Position numbers and translations under genes: made by a program. 64,000 nt of DNA from Dicyema japonicum. Its lineage: Eukaryota > Animalia > Dicyemida. The notes below the pieces were generated by a model. It saw nothing but the letters and a program-made list of their open reading frames with translations, did no database searches and was not told where the DNA came from. Where the stretch lies: the NCBI GenBank assembly GCA_011109175.1, contig RDEW01000002.1, positions 2,272,997 to 2,336,996 on the forward strand. Direction: 5' to 3'. Shown here in pieces: positions 50,156 to 61,653 of this stretch (position 1 is the first letter of the stretch; the number at the start of each line of letters is the position of its first letter).

Positions 50156-51066
50156 ATGAAATTCAATTTCTCATTAATGATAATAAGATACAGAGTGACT
50201 CTCATTTTATTACTATTTTCAGCAACAATTTATCAGATTTTATCATTAATGGTAAATCAATCAAAATATTTTAGGCTGTAAACAGAAGAGAAGTAGAAGG
50301 TGAAAAATTCATTCTAGTAAGCTGCTATTACGATATTGGAGAATTCGAAAAACCAGATGGATTTCGTAATCCATTTCAATATAGAAAATGGATGCCTATA
50401 TTCAGATATATTGATAACCATCTTGTCTTTTTCTCCGACAGTAAGAAAATTTTGAAGGAAATAAAAATTATCAGAGAAAATCTACCCACTACATTGTTGC
50501 ACGTTGATAGATCAGAACTGTTTGGCTTCCAAAAAATAAATGAAATAAAACATATATTTACTCTTCCTGGATTCGGAATAAATTCTCCAGAGGCCGTCAA
50601 TCCTGATTATTGTGCTATTATGCATTCCAAACACGACATGATCAGACGGACTATCAAACTCTTCCATGGTAAATTTTCATACATCGCATGGGTTGATGTT
50701 GGTCTATTTCGATACTCTTATAGTAAAACCAAGTTTTCTTTGAAAGCCTCAAAATATATGGACAAGACACGTGTGTTAATGTCTCAAAATCATAAATTCT
50801 ATGATTATCCGATTGAAAAAATAGTCAGGGAAACACAAGTCTGGGTAGGTGGAGGCACGTTAGCAGGTCACATTGAACCAATTTCGGTATTTTGTGATTC
50901 CTATGAAAAATTCTTTAACAAGATGATCTCAATGAATCTGACTGGGACTGACGAGCAAGTAATCTACTCCATGTACACCAGTGAAGGACTTAAAATTATG
51001 AAAAATAACGTAAAACTGAGTGTCTTTCAATGTGGTTTTTTTCGGACTTCATACACTTTTCTCTAA
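50156..51066 (+). CDS. HtrL/YibB-family putative glycosyltransferase with N-terminal signal anchor, 295 aa, one 23-nt intron (50252-50274)
   Basis: Hydrophobic 32-codon exon 1, then LVSCYYDIG.F.K...R....Y.KWM..F.YIDN.LV.F, P.Y..IMHSK, AWVD.G.FR, VGGG.L.G, TDEQV.Y, which match the HtrL family pattern as I recall it. Confidence 0.72.
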
Positions 51067-51154
51067 CGTGACAACTAATTATTTATGTCCATAAAATGAT
51101 TTATTTTTGATAATCCAATTTCCTCATAATTCACTTCCGTTTTCATTTTTCCTT

Positions 51155-51435
51155 GCCTATTGTAAGTTCTGGACCAAATCATGAGGTCCCATGTTCGAAT
51201 CTCGGTACTGTCCATTGTTAGAAGGTTCCACACATCTATGAGTCTTTGAGGATGACAAGTGACGCCATCATCAGTGTATTAAAACGGGAACTGGATTGCC
51301 TTCTGGAACTCACACAAAAACAAAAAAAAGAAAGACAGTCAAGAACACTTCCAATATCTTGAATATTCTTGAATATTCTTGAATTAACTAACATTACTTT
51401 TTACCTTTTAAAATAAAGTGTGAGTTCTGCCTAAG
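51155..51435 (+). mobile_element. tRNA-derived SINE copy
   Basis: B-box-like gttcgaatc, shared body aaggttccac..gtgacgcc.tcatcagtg..ggaactggattg, A-rich tract. Confidence 0.7.
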
Positions 51436-52279
51436 TGGGTTTAAGTAATGGAAACATTACTTACTCCTTGCCCATAGAGTATTGAAAACAGCTCAGTCTT
51501 CCTACTTATTAACCGTTAACTACTACGGCTATCATCGTGAATTTAAACGATTGTTAAACCGACTCGTGTTTCCTTGTTAATTAAAACTCCAATATCGTCA
51601 TATCTCAATCGAATTTATTATTAGGCAAAAAATGGACACCAACTGTCAGAAGACAGAGAGCATTGCTACGAACGATGCCAATTCTGATGCGTTCACAAAA
51701 CAACACCGTTCCTGAGGATCTTCCAGCATTGAAGGGATTGCGCTCCAAGTTCTCTGAGGAATTTTTATAAGGAACCCTAAAATCACCAAGAAATAAGCGT
51801 AAAGCCAACTAATTAGGTGGAACAAGCTTCTAGTAACTCCAGGGGTCTCCTCGAGTGATCTGTACTGATCCCAAATATCTTCTCGACTTCTGCAAAGTAG
51901 CTTTATTAGGGCGTCGTCTATCAGGAATGATCGAGATTGCACCGTGTGAATAACCATCTCCACCAATGGGCATATCTTGTCTTCAAATGAAGGTTTGATC
52001 TACATTTATAACAATCTGAACTTTAGATTTTTCATTTGATAACTTCTGGTGGTTGTTGACATTAATCAGCTACCAAGTGGTTAATTTGGAGGAAGTTTGA
52101 AGTGGTGACATAACTCTATTGGATGGATGAAAACCAATGTCTCCCCTCTTGTGGGAATAGATGAGGTGACGGACTTGGAAAACAGGTACTAGGACATTTG
52201 GCCGACATACGTTTAGCCGACACACCCCTACGGTGCTAAGACATTTGGCCGATTAGGTTTTCAGTTATACACTATACAT

Positions 52280-53299
52280 CAGTGTTTCTTAACGTGGTCC
52301 CCAGAAATATTTTTAGGTCAATTAATTTTTATGACTAAAAAAATTATTTAATTATTATTATTTATTCGCATTAGAATATTTAATTAATTTTATTCCACGT
52401 GTTTTTTTGTTATTTGATTGTAGTGGTTAATCGCAAATGGATTGATTCTATGTCCAATATGGATTTACCCAATATACTGGATTTGACAACGTCGATAAAG
52501 CGCAGTGTATGATATGCGACGTCATAATGGGAAACAACTCTTTAAAGCCGTCACAATCACTACAAGGTATTTTTATTAATTATTCATGCTAAGGTAATAA
52601 TGCTTCCAACATTGAAGCTATGGAAAAAATGTCTGCGTTTATAGAAAAATTGTCACTATGGAGGAGAAAAATACGAAATAACAACGCTTCAATGTTTCCG
52701 ATGGTAGAAAATAAGATTGGTGATAATGAACCTGAAAAATGGTTTTTTCTTTGATTATTGATCATCTCGAAAATCTTGAAAATAAAATTGGAGATTATTT
52801 CCCAGTTACTGAACCAACTGCGACTTGGATAATACACCCTTTTATTCCGGAAACCAATAAATTAATTTACGACGGCCAAGAAATTGATTTCCAAGAACAG
52901 TGCATTGCGAAATTCGCAGCTTTGCAAGTTGACATTTAATTCGCTTTCGATTATGGAATTCTGGATATCTGTTATTAATGAATATCCAATCTTAAGTAAA
53001 AATACACAGGAAGTGATAATTCCCTTTCCAACCACTTATTTATGTAAAATGACAATGTCTTGTTATTCTGTAAAGTTTGCAAGCGACTTAAGGTGGAAGA
53101 CGATATGAGAAGGACACTTATCAACATTGCACCAATAGTTGAACAGCTAGTTTCTGAAAAGCAGGATCAAAAATCACTCTAAAAATTATGATTTTTTAAT
53201 TTTGTTATGTTTTTTATTAAATTGTTTTGTTACATCTGGTCCCCAGAAAAATTCAACAGACTAAAGTGGTCCCCGGTCAAAAAAGGTTAAGAAACACTG
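52280..53299 (+). mobile_element. hAT (Buster/Charlie-type) transposon, internally deleted
   Basis: 14-bp TIR cagtgtttcttaac/gttaagaaacactg; 8-bp TSD ctatacat with central TA; BED finger (QC.IC....NNSLKPS) and C-terminal FW..V..EYP.LS...IPFPTTYLC remnants. Confidence 0.92.
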
Positions 53300-53328
53300 C
53301 TATACATGTTACATTATGTGAAACATTA

Positions 53329-53600
53329 GCCGGGTGGCATAGTGGTTAGGTGTCGGGCTTAAGTGGCTTAGGTTATGGGTTCGAATATCGCTGCTGTTCA
53401 CCTGGTGGAAGGTTCCACGCATCTACGATGCAGAAAGGGTTTGACGAATGACGCCCTCATCAGTGGATACTCACTGTGGAACTGGATTGTCTAGAATGGA
53501 CCCACACACAAGAAAAAGAAAAAAAAGTGAAGATCATTCCTTGGTTCTACGATTAATTAAAATTAACTGTTCTTTACTTAAATAAAGTGTGGGTCCTGCT
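53329..53600 (+). mobile_element. tRNA-derived SINE, best-preserved copy
   Basis: A box tggcatagtgg (53335-53345), B box ggttcgaat (53378-53386), shared body and A-rich tract. Confidence 0.8.
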
Positions 53601-54764
53601 ATGCGGAGCTCTCGTGAAAAAACTTTATTATTATTTTGTGAAACATGTACGGTTCCATTAGTGTACGCTATTGCTCGAAAAAAATCTCAACAAATGTATG
53701 AACAAATATTTTCTACTTTCACTTTGGGCAGTGTTTATGGCAAAAATACAAAATCTAGGACTGCAGGTATGTATAATGACCTAGCAAATGCAAACTTAAA
53801 AGTATTCAAGCACTAGCATTTGTTCCTGTACCTCAAGTCATTGAGAATTTCCGAGCGCTCCTTGAAACTATAGATAACGAGACTGATGACGTGTTGGGAG
53901 ATATTCAGACCTATTTTGAGACAACATGGATCGGAGCCTTGCAACGTGGAAGGAGAAGAAGATCAATGTTTGTTTGGAAATCTAGAATGTACACGACAGA
54001 GAGGCAGAAAGCCTCCCAAGAACTATGAATTCACTTGAAGGATGGCACAAATCTTTTTCACAAAGAGTGTCTATAAAACATCCAACCGTTTGTCGGCTTG
54101 TTGCAAAAATACGAAAAGAACAGTCTGAATGGGAGCTCACAGTAGAACAAGTGATGGGTGGAATACAATAAGACAAGTAAAGAAGTACTAGAATGTGAAC
54201 TGAAGGATAAACAGTATTATAGAAAAATGATGATTACACAGTAGAATTTTTGACTGCGCTTTCTCATAACCTTTAAGTAAATGTTTTTATTTTGAATTTT
54301 AAAACCAGAATTTCCTGTCGGCTAAACGTCTGTCGGCCAAATGTCCAGACACCGGAAAACATTAGAAACCAAAAGTTCTGAACACAGAATGTGTGGGATG
54401 GATATTAAATATTACCCCAGCATCTCCGGTTAAAAAAAATGACCTCTATCATCCACATCTTCAAAGTTATTACTCCTCCTTTTGACTATCTTCAGTCCGG
54501 TACTGCCTAGGAGACTTAATGATGTCATCCCACGATTTAACGATAGAACCACCTTTCCAAAATTCATTAACAATAATCTTTCAGAAAATGAATTAATATC
54601 TTTTCATATTAAAATAATCGAAAAATAACATTCTAATTAATAATTTTCATTCCTAGTCTTGACTGATCGCTGTTCAAAACTGTCTTGGACCTGACTTGAC
54701 TCAGTATTCATCAAACGATTTTTTCAGTTATGCAACTTCATACTACGCTACTGTCAATTTTGGG

Positions 54765-54930
54765 AGAAGGTTCCACGCATCTATGAAGCTTTTTGGATTG
54801 AAGAGTGACGCCGCCATCAGTGATTTAGCACCACGGAACCGTATTGTCTCAGGGACTCTCACGCAAGCAAAGGAATAGATCAAGAAGTTAAGAACACCTT
54901 TATGTCTTGGCCTTGAGTAACTAGCATTCC
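54765..54930 (+). mobile_element. 5'-truncated SINE copy
   Basis: gaaggttccacgcatctatga...gtgacgccgccatcagtg...gggactctcacgc. Confidence 0.65.
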
Positions 54931-55047
54931 GTCTAAAGTTTACTCAACCAATCAGCCTAGAGTTAATTGGTGATGGTTGAAGCCGTAGCGTATCTCTATC
55001 GCACTAAATGCCTACACTATTAACTCAGGATTAGTTAGTTTAGTAAC

Positions 55048-55360
55048 CCCGGATCAATACAATAATGAACGAAACAAACATATTTTTTAATTTTTTAAAG
55101 ATACATTTTTTATTAAAAAATAAATAAAAAATTATTAAATAAAAATCTATCTTAAAAGATAATCTCAAATTTCATACAGAAGAAATAAATTCACACTCTT
55201 TATCAACACATATGCTGCTCTTATTGCTATAGAACTTTATTTTATGCCTATCTTTTTTGTCACAACTGACTGCCCTCGTTTTATAACATGGAACTTTTGA
55301 AGACCTTCGACAAGACGGTAAGGGGTACAATCTTGCTAAGCAAAGGACATCAGCATCGAT
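55048..55360 (+). repeat. Dispersed copy of 46555-46870 (probable LINE 5' region)
   Basis: ggatcaat.caataatgaacgaaacaaacat...catggaacttttgaaga.cttcga..agacggtaagg. Confidence 0.7.
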
Positions 55361-55684
55361 TTAGTTCCGCTTGTGCATACTCTTTACTTTCCTTCTACCA
55401 GTTTTCTCCACTCAACCGTCCTCCTCGTTCGCTTTTCAGTTCATAGAGGTCGTCTGCTGTTCTCAATTTCCCATCAATATGAGCATAATCTATTCTAGAC
55501 AGATAGAAAGCGTAGTTCTCTGCCGTCCACGAAACCGCCCAGTTACATTTTTCATTGAAAAAATACACCATAATTGGGTTACATGGTATCACCAAATCCA
55601 TAAGGAGAATCAGCTGATTGCTGGGAATCAGTCAAATCTGCTAAGATCTTCTTTCGACGTACCCCAAGTTCCTGAGTTGTAAAT

Positions 55685-55900
55685 TAAATTATTCCAAAGA
55701 CCAAGGGTAAAACCAAACTAACTAATTCATTGATCATGACGCGTTCAAGCTTAACCCTCAACCAAGACATGATCCAGAGACGTTGTCCAGGGAGCTGAGG
55801 TCAATTCAATAACTCGTTTACAGGAAAGAAATTAACTCCCGGTTGAATGAATAGATGGACCCTTTTGAATGCCGTCCAGGCATTGGCGTCTTCTGAATAT
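55685..55900. repeat. Dispersed ~200-bp repeat family, copy 3
   Basis: Similar to 25375-25560 and 45135-45330. Confidence 0.7.
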
Positions 55901-56329
55901 GGTGGATCCAATGATGACATCAGAGAGAAGGAAGAGAAATCTTCAATCAATTAGTCACATGGTACCTTCAATGACCTTCACGATTGACAGTTTAACCTTT
56001 CAATGATTTTTTATGAGACGTTAATATTTTTTATTAAAACCCAAAGACCACCAAGAAAGGTTAAACGCAATAATTAGTGATCAACTTCCAATATCTCCCG
56101 AGCTCTCTTTAAGTGTTTCGTCAACGTCCCACCTACCCTCCGGAAGTGTCTTCCTTTGCGTCTAAAGAGGAATTCTATCAGGGTGCACTTATTATGGTTG
56201 ACCGAAATTCCTTTGCATGAGTCACATTTTCTCTCAATGGATTTCCTTGCTGCTTGCAAAAAAGTAGGAAACCCTGGTCATTCCTTTTCAGAAAGCAGAC
56301 TGGCGATAGATGAATTGTCAACTTGCATG

Positions 56330-57000
56330 ATTCGTGTATTTTACGTCTGAGAGAGTTATACGATCGAATCTCATAGAGAGAAGGGCAGAACATGCATAGT
56401 ATTTTGTTAAAAAACTCAAAGATTAAAAATGTCCTATCAACATGGAAACGGAATTTGTTCGCATTTACTGAAAAAACAAAAATCAATTCCAAAAATTATG
56501 GAAAAGTCTGTTTTAACAGATTATTGGGTTCTATTACGGAAAGAAACTTTATTTCTGATTATCAGCGAGGATTCCGACGTGACCGAAGCACTGGAAATCT
56601 TTTAGACACTGGTCACGGCAATTTAAATTTAAAAATACCTTACGGCTGCATATCCGTGTATATCCAAGGCTTTGACTGGCGCCTTTGGCTCTTGATACGC
56701 TATCAGAGCAAATAGTGGGCAAACAGCAATTTTAAGGCTTGAAGACTATAATCTGAGAAATAGTCGTTCAGAGGGATTGGAAATCAAATATCCGGAAAAA
56801 TCATACTGAGGGGAGGTGTCCTACAATGGTCTGTATTCAGTCCGTTTTTTTTAATTTTGTGATGAGTGACGTCTGTAATGTGGATCACGGAATACTCAGA
56901 TGATTGTTTATGCGGAAGACATACGTTCTGTTGACTACTTGATAAAACTTTTGGATTTGCAATAAATTGGTACATTATTGGATTTGAAATCTAGCACATT
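56330..57000 (+). mobile_element. Degraded CR1/L2/Jockey-like RT
   Basis: KVCFNRLL...ISDYQRGFRRDRSTGNLL, DISKAFD-like motif, GGVLQWSVFSP, VYAED. Confidence 0.65.
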
Positions 57001-57066
57001 ACCACCATACAAAAAAAAACAGATAGCCAATTTTTTGTGTCACATTTAGTCACGTGTATTTTTGAT

Positions 57067-57576
57067 CAGGGCTGTGGAGTCAGTAAAATATAGCACGACT
57101 CCGATTTTAACTCCTCAAATATTATTTTTTCGACTCCGACTCCTTGACTCCGTTCCGACTCCGGTTATTATATAAAAAAATCAGAATAACAGAAAAAAGA
57201 AAAAAACGTTTAGAAAGGAAAATTTAACTATTACCTTTTTAGAAATAATATAGCTTCGACCAATTCTTCCTTCATAGAAGCTCGAAGGTCTGATTTGATA
57301 AATTTTAGCACAGAAAACAGCCTTTCTACGCTACTTGTGTAGGAGGCAGAGCAAGAGATCCCTTTTCACAACAACGAGTTCAATGAGATGCATTTAAAAT
57401 TTTTCAGCATTCATGAATATAGTAATTTTATCAGATTGAAAAAAACTTATTTAATTTTGCGATCAAAAAAAAGTCGGAGTCGACCTTTTTATCACTGACT
57501 CCAACTCCTCAAATATTATTTCTTCGACTCTGACTCCAACTATACAAAAAACCCTTCGACTCCGACTCCACGACTG
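57067..57576 (-). mobile_element. Non-autonomous hAT element with GACTCC subterminal repeats
   Basis: Ends cagggctgtggagtc and gactccacgactg; 8-bp TSD tttttgat (57059-57066 and 57577-57584); internal minus-strand SASYTSSVERLFSVLKFIKSDLRASMKEELVEAI. Confidence 0.85.
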
Positions 57577-58559
57577 TTTTTGATATTTAATTACACTTCA
57601 CAATATTTGAGAAAGTCGGCTTTGCTGTTGTTTACACTTTCGAATTGATCGCCGCGTTTATTCTCGATTGGACATGTTTTCTCCAACCTCTGTTGATTGT
57701 TGTGTTTTTTCCGTAGTTCTTCGAAAAACGGAGAAGGTTCGTTAGATCCATTTGAATGAACAAACAATTTTTTAAAATACAAATTTTTTGTAAATGCCGG
57801 CTCAATCTGGCAAGTTTATAGCCTTGTTTAAAGAGACTTTGAACATATTAGGAATATCACAAGGATTATGCTAACGTTATGTTAAAATACTGATTTACAA
57901 ATTTAAGAAGTTTAAGATGTCTTGAAAGTATACATCTTTTTCTGTTTGTGAAAACTGGGTACGCACTAATCTGACGTTAATCAACCCTTAACATAATTTT
58001 CTTATATCTGGGGTTATTGAACGAATAAACCCCATTCTATCAAGAGAGATTTCACAAGGTCTCGTTAATGAAACAGAAATAGTCCATTGATTCGGGTGCT
58101 GTAATCTCAAATAAAAGGTACAATGTCTGTTCTTTTGCCTTAGGTCCCGTGGTTGATTGTTGCCTTCGTAAGGGAGTATCAAATATTTAATGAGCTAAGA
58201 ACTTCGAGACTTGAGACTTATATGTCGGAACGAAGAGGTTGAAAATCCAAATTTTCTGATTTCACAATTTACAATATCCAGTTGGAGTATTGTCTTCTAC
58301 ACTGTTCGGTTCGCCTCCCATAGTCCAATACTTCACATATTCAAATGCGTAGAGTGAATTTCCAAAAGTTAAAGGAAGAAAAGACAGAATACTCCTTCTC
58401 GTGTCCAGCTACTTTCTGTGTCATCTCCACACGGTATGACTTTTTGGATCTATAGGATCAGCCGTCACTGGTAGTTACGTTTTTGTTAGCTACCAGTTTC
58501 CTCCACTTAAAAAAACGTGGGGTAAATAAATTTAATTTATCAACTCCGAAATCACGAGA

Positions 58560-59230
58560 AAGAATTAAGGTTATCGTCTAATTAAGTGATCCCGGTGTCA
58601 ATAACAGTCCTATCCCCGCGGTTAGTTTTGGAGTGCTTGATTAATCTCCACAGCGGGAAAAGTTTCTTTTCATATCTCGAGCAGGTGTCCATAGATAGTT
58701 AGATGGCCGGCCCGAAGTGGATGGTCAAGGGACTTTGCCATCGTGAGGAATTCCCGGTCACGTTTCGTATAAGTTCTTTGTAGTAACGAAGTGGACGTCT
58801 TTTTAGACGATCTTAATAGTATTCTGAGACAACGGTTTTGTAAAATTTCCAGGTTGCTTTGCCGATAGTGATAACGGGACAATCCATGCAGCTAGAAGGT
58901 ATAACGATGGGACGGGAAGATATTGGGGAGTGCATAAAAGCCTTGAGAATTCCAATTTTCTTTTGGATCCTCGCGTTTACCAGGTCTGAGGAATCATACG
59001 ATTTCATTCCTCGTTTTGCCCATATTTCTTTTCGTGCTGAGGTAAACGTCGTAATGTGTGACTTTCCTGGTGATATATTAAGACGGTTCTTCAGAAACTA
59101 AAGACCCATCAGATTTAATAGATCTTGGAAGGACCGTAGTAAATAATGATTATTATTGGTCAACCCGTAAGGATTAGAGAAAGTGTGGTTCTTTTTTTTA
59201 AATGCCAGCACGTCGTCGGCGAACCAAATT
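58560..59230 (-). mobile_element. Jockey-like LINE 3' portion inserted in the duplicated HtrL block
   Basis: NLEILQNRCLRILLRSSKKTSTSLL; 3' UTR matches 13350-13450. Confidence 0.65.
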
Positions 59231-59366
59231 TTATTTATTTTTTAGGAAGACACAAAATATGATATTTTATTAAATTCGAGATAATTTATTGTCGTATAGT
59301 ATCACGTCCGGCTGATAAGTCTAATTTATCATTCCAAAACAAATGTTACCGGAATCTTTTGGGAGT

Positions 59367-59620
59367 AAAAACGAAATTTTTAATTTTTTCCAAAATCATG
59401 TTCGACGTAGTATGGGACAAAAATGGAAGACCTTGACATCGGTCTCTGATTTTTAAAGGAAAAACGAAATTTTTAATTTTGTCCAAAATCATGTTCGACA
59501 TAGTATGGGACAAAAATGGGAGACCTTGACATCGGTCCCTGATTTTTAAAGGAAAACGAAATTTTAATTTGTCCAAAAACATTTCGACGTAGTATGGGAC
59601 AAAAAATGTGAGACCTTATG
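59367..59620 (+). repeat. Tandem repeat, ~2.7 x 92-93 bp
   Basis: aaaacgaaattttt...gtatgggacaaaaatg..agaccttgacatcggtc.ctgatttttaaagg at 59367, 59461, 59553. Confidence 0.9.
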
Positions 59621-60220
59621 GATTTGGATTGGTTAAAGTCAATTTCTTGAGCGGGTTAGGGTGAATTAGAATGGATTAGGATGTATTAGAGAATGAGTTA
59701 GGATGAATAAAAAATTGGAAAGTCCAGATGATTTGCGATTAAATTGGCATATGGACTGGACTTAAAATTTGATATCGAAGAGGATTACGACCTGAAAGTC
59801 AGAAAGATAGAAAAATTATTACATCACTTATGGAAAATGTGATGTAATTTTTGGGGTCCAAACGAAGTAGAGACATGTGGTGTCTAATAAAATGACTTTA
59901 CACGATGAATACTAACCCACTTAATTAGTTTTGGTTCAGGTTTTGGTTTCTTAACAGTTATTAGTTTTGGGGTTTGTTAGAAAATAAAATTTGTCTTGTC
60001 TTGTCAAGGCACAGAATTTTGAACTTTTGCCTTTTTTACGTTTTCAATTTTTTTGATAATGTTGCAATTGTTCAATTCTTTTGGTTATAATGGAAATACA
60101 TTGTGATTTCTTTGGTTTCATTGATGACTCTGTAACCATATGTTTTGGACTGATAAGTTTGACGAAGATGACCCGGGTTCATACTATACTACATTAATTA
60201 TTTTTAAATTAACAAAAATA

Positions 60221-60760
60221 ATGAATTTCAATTTCTCATTAATGATAATGAGATACACAGTGACTCTCATTTTATTTCTATTTCCAGCAACAATTTATCA
60301 GATTATATCATTAATGGTATCTCAATCAAAATATTTTAGGCTGTAAGCAGAAGAGAAGTAGAAGGTAAAAATTCATTCTAGTAAACTGCTATAACGATAT
60401 TGGAAAATTCGAAAATACAGATGGATTTCGTAATCCATTTCAATATATAAATGGATGCCATATTCAGATATATTGATAACTATCTTGTCTTTTTCTTTGA
60501 CATCATGGAAATCCTCAAGCCAATGAAAATTATCAGAGAAAATCTACCCACTTCATTATTGCACGTTAATAGATAAGATGTTTTGCTTCTAAAGAATAAT
60601 TGTAATAAAGCAAATAATTACTCTTCCTTGATTCGGAATAAATTTTCCAGAGGCCGTCAATCCTGATTATTGTGCTATTATGCATTCCAAACACGACATT
60701 ATCAGACGGACTATCAAAATCTTCCATGGTGAATTTTCATAACATTGTCTGGGTTGATGA
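60221..60760 (+). pseudogene. Decayed paralogue of the HtrL-family gene
   Basis: Same exon 1 and 23-nt intron as 50156-50274; frameshifts; ~360 bp encoding the C-terminal part deleted after the WVD codons. Confidence 0.85.
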
Positions 60761-60850
60761 ACGTAACAACATTTTATTCGTGTCCATAAAATGATTTATT
60801 TATTATTCATAATAATTTACTTCCTTTTTCCATTTTGCCATTTATACATT

Positions 60851-61135
60851 GCCTGTTGACTCAGTGTAATAATTTCCGGACCACATTATGAGGTTCCAGA
60901 TTCGAATCTTTGTGCTGTCCATCGTTTAAAGGTTCCACACATCTTCGAGTCTTTGGGGTTGACAAATGACGCCGTCATCAATGTTTTAAAACACGGGAAC
61001 TGGATTGTCTTCTGGGACTCACGCATAAACAAAAAGAAAAGAATATGTAAAGAACTCTTTCAATATCTTGATATTCCTTGAATTAATTAACATTACTGTT
61101 CTTATTACTTCTTAAAAATTGTGAGTTCTGCCTAA
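60851..61135 (+). mobile_element. tRNA-derived SINE copy, paralogous to the 51155 insertion
   Basis: A-box-like tgactcagtg, B-box-like gattcgaatc, shared body; same position relative to HtrL as the 51155 copy. Confidence 0.7.
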
Positions 61136-61653
61136 GGTGGTTTAAGTAGTAGAAAGATTACTTATTGCTTAATAGAATGGGTCATAGAGCATTGAAGATT
61201 CATTCCCAGCTCGTCCTCCGGATTATCAATCATTAAGTTATACGGCTTTCATCATGAATTTAAACTTATGTTTAACCCACTAGCGCTTTTCCAGTTAATT
61301 AAAACTCCAATATCGTCATATTCATTCGAATTTCTTATTCGACGAAAAATCGGCCCTAACTGCCAAAAAATTCTGAGGCGTTGACGAAACCAACGCTGTA
61401 TTGTAAGATCTACCAGCCTTGAAGAGATTGCGCTCCTATCTCTGAGAGCACCTCGATTGCCATATTGGCAGGTTTGATTGTTCGTTTGACCTAGATTTAG
61501 CATTTTGGTTTAATATTTATAAGAGACCCAAAGATCACAAAGAAAAATGCGTAAAAGACGTAATCAATATTTTCTAATTTTAAATAAATATGAACTGTAT
61601 AATATATTTTCAAATTTTAAATAAATATGAATAAATTACATACATTTACATTA

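Larger units (their letters stand above)
52185..54353 (+). mobile_element. Mutator-like (MULE) transposon, internally deleted, containing nested hAT and SINE insertions
   Basis: TIRs ggt..(t/a)ggacatttggccgaca.acgtttagccgaca at both ends; 8-bp TSD ggaaaaca (52177-52184 and 54354-54361); transposase remnants FHFGQCLWQK, LAFVP, YFETTWIG, RTMNSLEGWH. Confidence 0.85.

Noticed and set aside
53329-53400. Functional tRNA gene
   Set aside because: A and B boxes are present but there is no complete cloverleaf, and it continues into a repeated SINE body.
53440-53470. Hammerhead ribozyme in the SINE minus strand (CTGATGA plus short stem)
   Set aside because: The required GAAA after stem II is missing in every copy (gtcaaac, gtcaacc, gtcatcc).
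59640-59710. Interstitial telomeric repeat
   Set aside because: Only scattered degenerate ttagg-like words with no regular period.
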